Positions 10,177-19,403 of a stretch of 45,436 nucleotides of DNA are shown here, one piece after another; positions within the stretch are counted from its first letter, which is position 1, and each line of letters begins with the position of its first letter. This stretch comes from a virus (Duplodnaviria > Caudoviricetes). The stretch spans positions 1 through 45,436 of IMG/VR virus record IMGVR_UViG_3300005805_006996. One strand, written 5' to 3'. The notes beneath the pieces were generated by a model. The model was not told the DNA's origin. It was given only the letters and a program-made list of their open reading frames with translations, and did no database searches. The position numbers and the translations under genes were made by a program.

Positions 10177-10718
10177 TATCTAAAAGCCCAGAAAGAGGAA
10201 CTTTTCAACAAGAAAGTTCTAAGAAAAAACTAAATGATCCTAATTCTTCCGAAGAAGAACGTCAGAATGCATTGGAAATGATTCGACTTTACGAGAGCTA
10301 TCGCCAAAAATCTGAAGAGGTAGAAGCAGACCCTGAATGGCAGAAGAATAATATGGAGTATGATTTACGTACTACAGATTGGATTTTACAGAAAGTAAGG
10401 GAAAGTAAAACATACGCACAGAACCTATATGCAGCAATGTGCAATAATGACTTTATTCGCAACGATGTTTGGCCTATATTAGTAGAAGAAAAATGGCACT
10501 GTTCTTGGCGGTATGCAGGTGGTATAATTGCTAATATGCGTCAGCAAGGAGACTACATTGATTGGTATTGTTCGGGTATAGGTGATGGATTAGGTAACGG
10601 AGATAAAGATAGAACAAAAGGGTATGTATCTGAAAGTTTTGTTACAGATGAAGTTCGCCAAGACTTATTAAAATTGGGTTGGATAGTAATTGATGAAGAT
10701 GGTGGAAACCATGTATAA
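10173..10718 (+). CDS. Conserved phage hypothetical protein
   Basis: YAQNLYAAMCNN, CSWRYAGG and DYIDWYCSG motifs; coupled start. Confidence 0.6.
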   Translation: MISKSPERGTFQQESSKKKLNDPNSSEEERQNALEMIRLYESYRQKSEEVEADPEWQKNNMEYDLRTTDWILQKVRESKTYAQNLYAAMCNNDFIRNDVWPILVEEKWHCSWRYAGGIIANMRQQGDYIDWYCSGIGDGLGNGDKDRTKGYVSESFVTDEVRQDLLKLGWIVIDEDGGNHV

Positions 10719-10869
10719 ATACTTGGTATGGATTAGATTAAATCCATACCAAACTGCTAATGTGATTGTTTACGCAGATAATGATTATCTTGCTAAACAA
10801 ATTGCAGAAGCACAATATGGAGTGGGAAACGTTCTTAATTATACAAGGGTAAACGAAGATGGCATATAG
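10711..10869 (+). CDS. Small hypothetical protein (52 aa, below ORF-track cutoff)
   Basis: MYKYLVWIRLNPYQTANVIVYADNDYLAKQIAEAQYGVGNVLNYTRVNEDGI*; fills the gap and overlaps both neighbours. Confidence 0.55.
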   Translation: MYKYLVWIRLNPYQTANVIVYADNDYLAKQIAEAQYGVGNVLNYTRVNEDGI

Positions 10870-11239
10870 TTCACAAGTAATAGATCATTACGAAAATCCA
10901 AGAAATGTTGGTAGTTTTTCTAAAGACGATCTTGATGTAGGTACTGGTATGGTCGGTGCCCCTGCATGCGGAGACGTTATGAAACTACAAATTAAAGTCA
11001 ATCCAGAAACGGGGTTAATAGAAGATGCTAGATTTAAAACGTATGGGTGCGGGTCGGCGATTGCTAGCTCAAGTCTTGTCACAGAGTGGGTTAAAGGGAA
11101 GTCCCTTGACGAAGCCGCAACAATCAAAAACACTCAAATCGCACAAGAACTGGCCCTCCCCCCAGTCAAAATCCACTGCTCGATCCTAGCCGAAGATGCA
11201 ATACGAGCCGCTATCGACGACTACCGCCAAAAACATTAA
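10859..11239 (+). CDS. iscU: Fe-S cluster scaffold IscU
   Basis: DHYENPRNVG, GAPACGDVM, GCGSAIASSS, LPPVKIHCS. Confidence 0.98.
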   Translation: MAYSSQVIDHYENPRNVGSFSKDDLDVGTGMVGAPACGDVMKLQIKVNPETGLIEDARFKTYGCGSAIASSSLVTEWVKGKSLDEAATIKNTQIAQELALPPVKIHCSILAEDAIRAAIDDYRQKH

Positions 11240-11381
11240 AAGTCCTTGCAACAATATATGCAGACTTGATGATAACAAGTATTGCATAAGTTGTAAGAGA
11301 CATATTGATGAAATTGCGGATTGGGGCCGTATGTCCGATATGGAAAAATTATCTATTCTAAAACGACTAGAGAATGTATGA
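11196..11381 (+). CDS. DUF1289-like small Cys-rich protein (start uncertain)
   Basis: SPCNNICRLD..YCISCKR..DEIADW. Confidence 0.75.
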   Translation: MQYEPLSTTTAKNIKSPCNNICRLDDNKYCISCKRHIDEIADWGRMSDMEKLSILKRLENV

Positions 11382-12411
11382 TGTAGTAGAACCAGACTCT
11401 AATGTACAACCACCATTTTTGATAACATGGGAAAGTACGCTAAAGTGTAATTTGGATTGTTCTTATTGTTCGTCACACGATAATTCTATTCCACATCCTT
11501 CACTAAAAGAATGCTACGATACTTTAGATTTTTTATACGAGTATGTAGATGTATACATGAATCTTAAAGTAGAAAATCAACGACATGTAAGCCTAAATAT
11601 ATTCGGTGGAGAAAGTTTGTTCCATCCGAACATCACAGAGATATTAGAATATGCAATAAGAAAACACAAAGAAGGCAATTATATATGGTCTTTGGGTATC
11701 AGTACAATTACTAATGGAATAGTAAAACCAAAAGTATGGAACAACATAATTAAGTATTTTGATTTTTTAACTGTTAGTCATCATGCCGAAACTACCACTG
11801 AAGAAAAAGAGTTGTTTAGAAATAACCTATTAGTGTTAAAAGAAAACAACAAAAATTTTCAAGTTTCTATATTAAAACATCCGGATTATGTACAAGAATA
11901 TACTGCAATAATAAATTGGTGCGAACAACATCAGATAAAATATTGGGCTAGAAATTTAGACGGACCTCGCAAAGCTTCACAAGAACAAACTATTACATTT
12001 GTGCAAAAAAATAACGCACTAAGGAATACACCATTGGGAAGAAGTTGTTGCGGCGGGCAAAAATTCAATGTAAATCAAAATTACGAAACTCCGATATCGT
12101 TTATTGACCACAATCGGTTTGTAGATTGGCATTGTAGTGTTAATTACTTTTTTGTGTTTGTGAAACAAGTCACAAAAGAGGTATTTGTGAATAAAGATTG
12201 CAGAATGGGGTATGATGGAAAATATGGGCCAATTGGTTATCTTTATGACACTGATGCAATTTTAAATGAACTGAAACAAAGAACAGTAAATAAATCTGTA
12301 TTGCCTATTATTTGTAAAAAAGAAAGATGTTGGTGCGGATTGTGTACGCCCAAAGCTAAGACTGAAAATCTGTTTAATGATATAATTGGCAAATACTTAT
12401 TGCAGGAATAA
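11374..12411 (+). CDS. Radical SAM protein
   Basis: CNLDCSYC (CxxxCxxC), FGGE, TNG; extra C-terminal Cys cluster (CxxxxCWCGLC). Confidence 0.9.
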   Translation: MYDVVEPDSNVQPPFLITWESTLKCNLDCSYCSSHDNSIPHPSLKECYDTLDFLYEYVDVYMNLKVENQRHVSLNIFGGESLFHPNITEILEYAIRKHKEGNYIWSLGISTITNGIVKPKVWNNIIKYFDFLTVSHHAETTTEEKELFRNNLLVLKENNKNFQVSILKHPDYVQEYTAIINWCEQHQIKYWARNLDGPRKASQEQTITFVQKNNALRNTPLGRSCCGGQKFNVNQNYETPISFIDHNRFVDWHCSVNYFFVFVKQVTKEVFVNKDCRMGYDGKYGPIGYLYDTDAILNELKQRTVNKSVLPIICKKERCWCGLCTPKAKTENLFNDIIGKYLLQE

Positions 12412-12412
12412 A

Positions 12413-12883
12413 ATGCCAAAAGCTTATATTTTAGTGGGAGTTCCGGGTTCGGGAAAATCGACTTGGATAACCAAAGCACCTTTAGATTGGTCTAACACAG
12501 TTATTGCCAGCACAGATAGCTATGTAGAAAAAGAAGCAAAACGGCAGGGGAAAACATATACAGAAGTTTTTAAAGATGTTATGCCGGATGCTGTAAACGA
12601 TATGGCTAAAACAGTAGTAGATGCAGTAAAAAGTAGGCAAGACATAGTATGGGATCAAACCAGTACGACACAACACACACGTGCCAAAAAAATAAGAATG
12701 CTACCCGATGATTACGAAATTATTGCAGTAGTGTTTCCTACTCCACCAATGGATGTTTTAATGAAACGTTTAGCAAGCAGACCCGGTAAAGAAATTCCAT
12801 GGGAAGTTGTATCTAGCATGATTGGTAAGTTTGAAATGCCAACTGAAGCAGAGGGTTTTGACCAAATAATTCACGTTAAATAA
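12413..12883 (+). CDS. P-loop kinase (AAA_33/polynucleotide-kinase-like)
   Basis: GVPGSGKST Walker A, STD, WDQTS, RxxxR lid, EGFD tail. Confidence 0.85.
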   Translation: MPKAYILVGVPGSGKSTWITKAPLDWSNTVIASTDSYVEKEAKRQGKTYTEVFKDVMPDAVNDMAKTVVDAVKSRQDIVWDQTSTTQHTRAKKIRMLPDDYEIIAVVFPTPPMDVLMKRLASRPGKEIPWEVVSSMIGKFEMPTEAEGFDQIIHVK

Positions 12884-12884
12884 A

Positions 12885-13190
12885 ATGAACCACGAAGAAG
12901 AAAAACTTAAAAATTCTAAAAGGCGTCATCGTGACGAAGTTGCTGTTAAAAGGCAAGTAAGAATTGCCAAAGAACATCATCTAACAGAACTCGGTAAGTT
13001 TCTAGAAAATGCACACAAGTACCACAAAAGACATGCAATGGATTGTGGTAATCCGCAATGCTATCTATGTGGTAATCCTAGAAAAACACATAAAGACAAA
13101 TTGACCCAACAAGAAAAAAGACTCTTCCAAGACATAGACACACCTAACGATAAGCATAGTAACGGACTGCGACCAGCAGAAGATGAATGA
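12885..13190 (+). CDS. Basic hypothetical protein with CxxxxCxxC motif
   Basis: CGNPQCYLCGNPRK. Confidence 0.6.
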   Translation: MNHEEEKLKNSKRRHRDEVAVKRQVRIAKEHHLTELGKFLENAHKYHKRHAMDCGNPQCYLCGNPRKTHKDKLTQQEKRLFQDIDTPNDKHSNGLRPAEDE

Positions 13191-14086
13191 ATCTTTTATT
13201 GTTAGGTGGAAATGGTTATATTGGTTCGGCATTTTGTTCTCAGACGAAGCACAATGTTAAGTCTATTGACCTTTGTCTTTTCGAAAAGGACCTGTTATAC
13301 TCTCAACGTGTAAACTACAATAACTTTCCCATTGATGAGTATGATGTTATTGTTTGTTTAGCAGGACATAGCAGTGTCCCTATGTGCGAGTCTAGTCCTC
13401 AGCGATCTTGGACAAATAACGTTACTAATTTTCGAAATCTATGTGAAAAATTGCGTAAAGATCAAAAACTAATATACGCATCAAGTGCTAGCGTATACGG
13501 AAAAACCAGTGGTCTTTCGACAGAAGAATCTAAGATAAACTTTAACGTGCTGAATCATTACGATCTCCAAAAAATCACTATTGATCTTATAGCCAATAAA
13601 TATATTTCTGAGGGAAAGAGCATAGTAGGATTAAGATTTGGTACTGTTAATGGAGCTAGCCCAAATACAAGAAGTGACCTTATGATAAATTCTATGGTTA
13701 AATCTGTTGAAAAAACGGGAAAGATTCATGCAAAGAACCTACACATACGCCGTGCTATATTAGGAATAAACGATTTGTGTAGGGCACTAGAACTTGTCAT
13801 TTCTACAACTATTAAATCTGGACAATATAATTTAGCATCTTTTAATAGCACAGTTTACAGTATCTCAAATACAATTAGGGAATATACGAACGCAGAAATT
13901 ATTAAAGGATTAGATGATACTATTGCATATGATTTTGAATTGAGTACAGAAAAATTTAAAAATGAAACTGGATTCACATTTAACGATACCATAGAAATTT
14001 TAGTTGAAGGATTACACTATCATATGCATAACTCAAATTTTGATGTGAGAGATAATGATAGAAACTTCCAATTTTACGCACCTTGA
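13187..14086 (+). CDS. NAD-dependent epimerase/dehydratase
   Basis: GGNGYIG Rossmann motif, ASSASVYG, YDLQK (YxxxK), LRFGTVNG. Confidence 0.9.
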   Translation: MNLLLLGGNGYIGSAFCSQTKHNVKSIDLCLFEKDLLYSQRVNYNNFPIDEYDVIVCLAGHSSVPMCESSPQRSWTNNVTNFRNLCEKLRKDQKLIYASSASVYGKTSGLSTEESKINFNVLNHYDLQKITIDLIANKYISEGKSIVGLRFGTVNGASPNTRSDLMINSMVKSVEKTGKIHAKNLHIRRAILGINDLCRALELVISTTIKSGQYNLASFNSTVYSISNTIREYTNAEIIKGLDDTIAYDFELSTEKFKNETGFTFNDTIEILVEGLHYHMHNSNFDVRDNDRNFQFYAP

Positions 14087-15275
14087 CAAATGTTTATGTT
14101 GTGAAGGTAAAAATCTAAAAACCGTTCTAGATTTGCATGATCAGCCACTGGCTAATTCATATCTTTCAAGTGTAAACGAACGTGAAGATTTTTATCCTCT
14201 AGCTTTAAATTACTGCTTAGATTGCACACATTTACAGTTATCCGTAGGAGTAGATCCAGACTTACTATTCAAAAACTATCTTTATGTAAGTGGTACTACA
14301 CAGACTCTTAGAGATTATTTTGATAGCTTTGTAAAACGAGTATCTGTACATATGCCCTATTTAGGTCCGTACAAAGTATTAGATATCGCTTGCAACGATG
14401 GTTCTCAACTTGATGCATTTAAAAAATACGGACATATAACATATGGTATAGATCCGGCGGAAAACTTATACCCATTGAGTAGTAAAAATCACAATGTAGT
14501 TTGTGATTACTTCAGCTCCGATTCGATAAGCAAATTAGAAGTTAAGAAATTTGATATCATCATTGCACAAAATGTTTTTGCACACAATACCTATCCTGAT
14601 GAGTTTTTAAAGACTTGTGAAAAATATTTAGATTACGATGGGAAACTGTTCATACAGACAAGTCAAGCAGATATGGTAAAATATGGACAATTTGATACGA
14701 TATATCACGAACATATTTCATTTTTTAATACGAGGTCAATGGCTACATTGGCTAACAGATGCAATATGTATTTGGAAGACGTATTCAAAACAGATATTCA
14801 CGGAACAAGTTATGTTTTTGTATTGACTAAGGATGCCAACTTTGATAACACTAAAATGTTGATCGAAAGCGAAGAAAAACAAACACTGGATATAGTTAAT
14901 AGTTTTGCTAACAAAGCAACAGAAGTAGTCCTTCAATTGAAAATTGAATTACAACAATTAAAAGGATGTTATAGAGTAGGTTATGGTGCAGCCGCAAAAG
15001 GCAATACACTATTGAATTTTGCAGAGTTAGATTTAGATTACATAGTTGATGATAATCCATTAAAACAGGGATTATTGACTCCCGGTCGAAAAATAAAAAT
15101 TGTTTCATTGGACGAGATGATTCAGATTGCCGGTGACAAGGCAGTAGTTTGGATACCGTTGTCTTGGAACTTCTTTGATGAAATTAGGAAAAGAATTCGA
15201 AACAAGTATTTTAAACCTACCGTTTTTATTAAATATTTTCCTAAAATGCAAGTTATATTGGAATCTGAAGAATGA
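14055..15275 (+). CDS. NDP-sugar C-methyltransferase (Zn-binding N-terminus)
   Basis: CxxC..CxxC, QPLAN, DIACNDG, IYHEH, HGTS, YGAAAKGNT, DDNPLKQG, SWNF. Confidence 0.9.
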   Translation: MIETSNFTHLDKCLCCEGKNLKTVLDLHDQPLANSYLSSVNEREDFYPLALNYCLDCTHLQLSVGVDPDLLFKNYLYVSGTTQTLRDYFDSFVKRVSVHMPYLGPYKVLDIACNDGSQLDAFKKYGHITYGIDPAENLYPLSSKNHNVVCDYFSSDSISKLEVKKFDIIIAQNVFAHNTYPDEFLKTCEKYLDYDGKLFIQTSQADMVKYGQFDTIYHEHISFFNTRSMATLANRCNMYLEDVFKTDIHGTSYVFVLTKDANFDNTKMLIESEEKQTLDIVNSFANKATEVVLQLKIELQQLKGCYRVGYGAAAKGNTLLNFAELDLDYIVDDNPLKQGLLTPGRKIKIVSLDEMIQIAGDKAVVWIPLSWNFFDEIRKRIRNKYFKPTVFIKYFPKMQVILESEE

Positions 15276-16012
15276 AAACAGTAATCACACATTTTTATAA
15301 TGAAGAATATTTGCTACCATGGTGGTTAGAACATCACAAAAAATATTTCGATTTTGGGGTTCTTATAGATTATCAAAGCACCGATAGCTCCGTAGAAATT
15401 TGTAAAGAAATATGCCCACATTGGCAAGTAGTTCCTTCTATGCACTCACAGTTTGACGCTGCTGCATGTGATTTTGAAATTACGTTCTACGAAAGACAAT
15501 TGCAAGGGTGGAGAATAGCATTAACCACTACAGAATTTCTAGTAGGAAATATAGATAGTTTGGCTAATAATCTACAGCACAAACAACAGCATTTTGTACC
15601 AGGTATACGTTTTACAAAATGGGATCCATTGGGTACACTAGACAAAAGTAAACCACTATGGGAACAAATTAAAACAGGAATAAACTATTATGATAATCCG
15701 GTTGCTCACCAGTGTCGTAGTTTTCATAATTTTGCTGATATTGAGTATCCTGTTGGAAGGCATTATTGGCCACCTTCAACAGAAGAATGTATTATCTTTC
15801 ATTACGCACATTGCATCGTAGGATCTCCTATGATAAAACGTAGATTGCAAATTCAACATCGGGTGTCAGACAGAGATAAGAATGATTTGAACGGTAATCA
15901 TCATTATGTTGACCATACTGGACTAACCTTTAATAAATTATATCTCATGCATCAGGAATACATAGCAGTTGGAGAAACTGATTGTTCCGATTTAATTGCT
16001 AAGGTAACATAA
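15272..16012 (+). CDS. Glycosyltransferase family 2-like protein
   Basis: FYNEEYLLPWWLEHH..FD..LIDYQSTDSS GT-A N-terminus. Confidence 0.75.
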   Translation: MKTVITHFYNEEYLLPWWLEHHKKYFDFGVLIDYQSTDSSVEICKEICPHWQVVPSMHSQFDAAACDFEITFYERQLQGWRIALTTTEFLVGNIDSLANNLQHKQQHFVPGIRFTKWDPLGTLDKSKPLWEQIKTGINYYDNPVAHQCRSFHNFADIEYPVGRHYWPPSTEECIIFHYAHCIVGSPMIKRRLQIQHRVSDRDKNDLNGNHHYVDHTGLTFNKLYLMHQEYIAVGETDCSDLIAKVT

Positions 16013-16023
16013 AACACATACAA

Positions 16024-16031
16024 TATAAATA
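16024..16031 (+). promoter_or_regulatory. T4-type late promoter motif
   Basis: TATAAATA immediately upstream of the suppressor tRNA; second ATAAATA at 16111. Confidence 0.55.
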
Positions 16032-16032
16032 T

Positions 16033-16107
16033 GCGTTAGTAGCTAAGTGGCATAGCAGGAGCCTCTAAAACTCTATATCGCGGGTTCGATTCCCGCCTAA
16101 CGCACCA
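16033..16107 (+). tRNA. Amber suppressor tRNA (anticodon CUA)
   Basis: GCGTTAG/CTAACGC acceptor, D-arm GCTA/TAGC, loop CT-CTA-AA (16065-16067), T-arm GCGGG TTCGATT CCCGC, A73, encoded CCA; C31-A39 mismatch. Confidence 0.88.
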
Positions 16108-16135
16108 TTCATAAATACATTTTTAGGAGAAACAA

Positions 16136-16723
16136 ATGTCGTAGATTGAATTTGATTGTGAGAATATAGTGTTTCACTTTAACAAGAAGCACTTAGAAGA
16201 CCAAACTATACCCATGTGGGTCTTAAAATTTCATGGGGAAACATATTATGTGAATCATGTGGAATGCAATGTTCCCTGGTCTACCAAAGAGACACCTGAT
16301 AATTCACATACTAAGGGCAGTATCAAAGTCAAAAACTGTTTATTACAGATCGATGACAGCAACGAAGCCAAAATCTTACCTATAACTGCAATTGATAAAG
16401 CACGTATTCGTAACCTCAAAAAAGGTATTACCAGAATTGTGGTTAGTGAAAAGAACTGGGGCGGAACAAAGTTACGCAACATACTGAAAGAAAGTAATAT
16501 TAAACATGGACCTATTAAAAGTATAGGCGGTGCATGTTCAACAACGTTCTATGTTACTGATATCTACAAAGAAAGTGATGTGACATACCTTTCATTGATG
16601 CTGTGTGATACTGATTTTAGAAAACTTATGCCCAATGAAGGGTACTATAGGATATATGACGACCCAAAGTATCAAAAGACCAACGATATCAATACGGATG
16701 CCTATGATGACGAAGATGAATGA
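16136..16723 (+). CDS. Hypothetical protein with in-frame UAG at codon 3 (readthrough candidate; ORF track starts at GTG 16169)
   Basis: AGGAG-6 nt-ATG TCG TAG ATT GAA TTT GAT TGT GAG AAT ATA GTG..., in frame with the 184-aa ORF. Confidence 0.7.
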
Positions 16724-16752
16724 TTGTCACAGAATTGTAACAATTTTGTAGT
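16724..16752 (+). promoter_or_regulatory. Pho box (PhoB-type site)
   Basis: TTGTCAC-AGAA-TTGTAAC-AATT-TTGTAGT: three half-sites at 11-bp pitch resembling CTGTCAT-N4, upstream of pstS. Confidence 0.75.
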
Positions 16753-16794
16753 AAAATTATTCTAAATACAAATGTTCAATACAAGGAGACACAG

Positions 16795-17805
16795 ATGAAC
16801 AAAATATTTACTGTATTAATAGGAATGATTTTTACAACTGCTGCATATGCAACAGGTATTACGGGCGCCGGAGCAACATTTCCTTATCCTGTCTATTCTA
16901 AATGGGCTGAAGGTTACAAAAAAGAAACAGGAACAGGTTTAAACTATCAAAGCATAGGAAGTTCGGGTGGTATAAGACAAATTAACGCGGGAACTGTATT
17001 ATTCGGAGCAACAGACGCTCCAGTAAAAGGTGAAGAACTAGATAAAAGGGGGCAAGTACAGTTTCCTGCAATTATAGGAGGAACAGTTCCTATTCTAAAT
17101 TTAGACGGTTTTAAGCCGGGTGAGTTGCGTATAACAGGACCCCTATTAGCTGAAGTCTTTATGGGAAATATTGTTAAATGGAATGATCCTAAATTACTTG
17201 CCGTGAATCCTGGTAAGCGTCTTCCAGACATGAACATCACTATAATACATCGAGCAGATGGTAGCGGGACTACATTCAATTGGACCGACTATCTTACGGT
17301 AGTTAGTCCAGAATGGGAAAAACGTGTTGGACGAGGTGCAGCAGTTAAATGGCCTGCAACAAGTTCTGTAGGCGGTAAAGGAAATGAAGGAGTAGCAGCT
17401 AACGTAACTAGAATTAAGGGTGCTATTGGTTATGTAGAATATGCCTATGTAAAAAAGAATAATTTAGTGCATATGCAATTGCAGAATAAAGATGGTAACT
17501 TTGTAAATCCTGATGATAAGACATTTGCTGCGGCAGCAGTAGGTGCAGATTGGTTTAGCGTTCCTGGTATGGGACTAAGTATAGTAGATCAATCAGGCAA
17601 AGATACATGGCCCGTAACTACAGCGAGTTTTATTATCATGTATAAAGATCCTAAGGATACTAAAGCTAGCCAAGAGGTGTTAAAGTTTTTTGATTGGGCT
17701 TTTAAAAATGGCAAGCAAGCAGCATTAGAATTAGATTATGTACCCTTGCCCGATGTTCTGACAGATCAAATTAGACAACGTGTATGGACACAAATTAAAA
17801 AGTAA
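16795..17805 (+). CDS. pstS: Phosphate ABC transporter substrate-binding protein
   Basis: Signal peptide, GAGATFPYP, YQSIGSSGG, FGATD, RADGSGTT, GYVE. Confidence 0.98.
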   Translation: MNKIFTVLIGMIFTTAAYATGITGAGATFPYPVYSKWAEGYKKETGTGLNYQSIGSSGGIRQINAGTVLFGATDAPVKGEELDKRGQVQFPAIIGGTVPILNLDGFKPGELRITGPLLAEVFMGNIVKWNDPKLLAVNPGKRLPDMNITIIHRADGSGTTFNWTDYLTVVSPEWEKRVGRGAAVKWPATSSVGGKGNEGVAANVTRIKGAIGYVEYAYVKKNNLVHMQLQNKDGNFVNPDDKTFAAAAVGADWFSVPGMGLSIVDQSGKDTWPVTTASFIIMYKDPKDTKASQEVLKFFDWAFKNGKQAALELDYVPLPDVLTDQIRQRVWTQIKK

Positions 17806-17848
17806 AACGACCACAATGATAGAGTGGTGCTGGATGCTCGTAACCAGC

Positions 17849-17880
17849 AAAGGGTCAATTGACCCTTTTTTCTTTTCTTT
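17849..17880 (+). terminator. Intrinsic terminator after pstS
   Basis: AAAGGGTC-AATT-GACCCTTT followed by a T-rich tail. Confidence 0.8.
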
Positions 17881-17985
17881 AGGTAGCTTTTTTAGTAATA
17901 TAAATATTTGTATGAAGCAAGGTGCTTCAACCCAACACTCTTTAAATGTTAGGTACTTAGAGTGTGTACCGTAAAAGGAGAAATC

Positions 17986-18813
17986 ATGATGTACAATCAA
18001 AAGCTGGTGGCCAGCCTAAAAGCCAAAGGTAAAATCCTTCGTGAATTCAAGGATACTGTCTACTGCCCATTTGGAGCAGAATACTCAATCTTACTCAAGA
18101 ACCTAAATACTGTACGTGCAGTGGTCAATGTTTACATTGATGGTGAAGATATGGTTCCTGGTGGACTTGTACTACTTGCAGGACAAGAAGTTGATTTGGA
18201 ACGCAGTGTTAAAAACGGGAATCTAACAGAGGGCAACCGTTTTAAGTTCATTGAACGCACAAGTGCAATCGAACAACATCGAGGCATCAAACTAGAAGAT
18301 GGATTGATTCGTATCGAGTACCAATTTGAAATGCCGGTAATGTCAACATACATTAAAACTGATTGGCAAAACAAAGAATGGGTGCCCGGACATTGGCGAG
18401 ATAAGCCATACAATGTTAATGGTATGTTGCGTAGTGTAGATTATAGTGCAGGTGAAAATACTAGACTTAGTGCAACATCTGCAACAAATGCTACACTGAA
18501 GTTCATGAATATGTCTGTTTCATCTTCAGTTCACGACGGTGCTGCTACAATGGACTGGTGTGCTAACGAAACTGGTATCACTGTTCCGGGTAGTAAGAGC
18601 GAACAACGATTTCAAACCACAACGATTGGTGCATTAGATCCAGTTAAGCACACAATCATATTGAAAATTTTGGGTGAAACTGAAAGTAATCAACCTATCA
18701 GAGAACCCATTACTACTAAATACAAGCCTAAGTGTATTACATGCGGTAAACAAAACAAAGCAACAGCTAAATTTTGCACCGAATGTGGTACTGCCTTAGA
18801 AATATTTGCGTAA
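17986..18813 (+). CDS. Conserved phage protein with C-terminal zinc ribbon
   Basis: AAGGAG RBS before ATG 17986; C-terminal CITCG..KFCTECG. Confidence 0.7.
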   Translation: MMYNQKLVASLKAKGKILREFKDTVYCPFGAEYSILLKNLNTVRAVVNVYIDGEDMVPGGLVLLAGQEVDLERSVKNGNLTEGNRFKFIERTSAIEQHRGIKLEDGLIRIEYQFEMPVMSTYIKTDWQNKEWVPGHWRDKPYNVNGMLRSVDYSAGENTRLSATSATNATLKFMNMSVSSSVHDGAATMDWCANETGITVPGSKSEQRFQTTTIGALDPVKHTIILKILGETESNQPIREPITTKYKPKCITCGKQNKATAKFCTECGTALEIFA

Positions 18814-18869
18814 ACATAACTATACGTAAATAATATATCATTTTATACACAGAGAAAAGGAGCCTATAA

Positions 18870-19403
18870 ATGAAAACAGTTGGTGATAAATTAGAAGCAT
18901 TTGCCGTAACCGGCGTAAATCCCGGTAGTGATCAATTTTTTGACATTACTCAAACTAGCTTTGCTGGTAAGTGGAAAGTAATTGTTTACTATCCTAAGGA
19001 CTTCACGTTCGTGTGTCCTACTGAAATCGTAGCTTACGATAAGCTATTCCAAGATTTTGCAGATCGTGATGCTGTGCTACTAACCGGTAGTACTGATAAC
19101 GAGTTCTGCAAGCTTGCATGGCAAAAGGCACACCCAGATTTGGCCAAGATTCGTCATATTCAATTCGCTGACAGTCAGCGAGGAGAATTAAGTCTAATCA
19201 ATCAACTAGGTGTATTCTATGCTCCTGCAGGTGCTGCATTACGTGCAACATTCATTGTTGATCCTAATAATGAAATCCAACATGTAACGGTAAACAACCT
19301 TAATGTTGGACGTAGCCCAGAAGAAACATTGCGTGTTCTTGATGCATTGCAAACCGGTGAATTATGCCCTTGCAGCCGTCCCGTAGGCGGCGCCACTTTG
19401 TGA
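18870..19403 (+). CDS. ahpC: Peroxiredoxin AhpC
   Basis: YPKDFTFVCPTE, GRSPEETLR, ELCP. Confidence 0.96.
   Translation: MKTVGDKLEAFAVTGVNPGSDQFFDITQTSFAGKWKVIVYYPKDFTFVCPTEIVAYDKLFQDFADRDAVLLTGSTDNEFCKLAWQKAHPDLAKIRHIQFADSQRGELSLINQLGVFYAPAGAALRATFIVDPNNEIQHVTVNNLNVGRSPEETLRVLDALQTGELCPCSRPVGGATL

Noticed and set aside
17935-17970. H-type pseudoknot before the 17986 RBS (ACACTCT/AGAGTGT with GGTAC/GTACC)
   Set aside because: The connecting loop would be 0 nt, which is sterically implausible with both full stems; a simple hairpin suffices.
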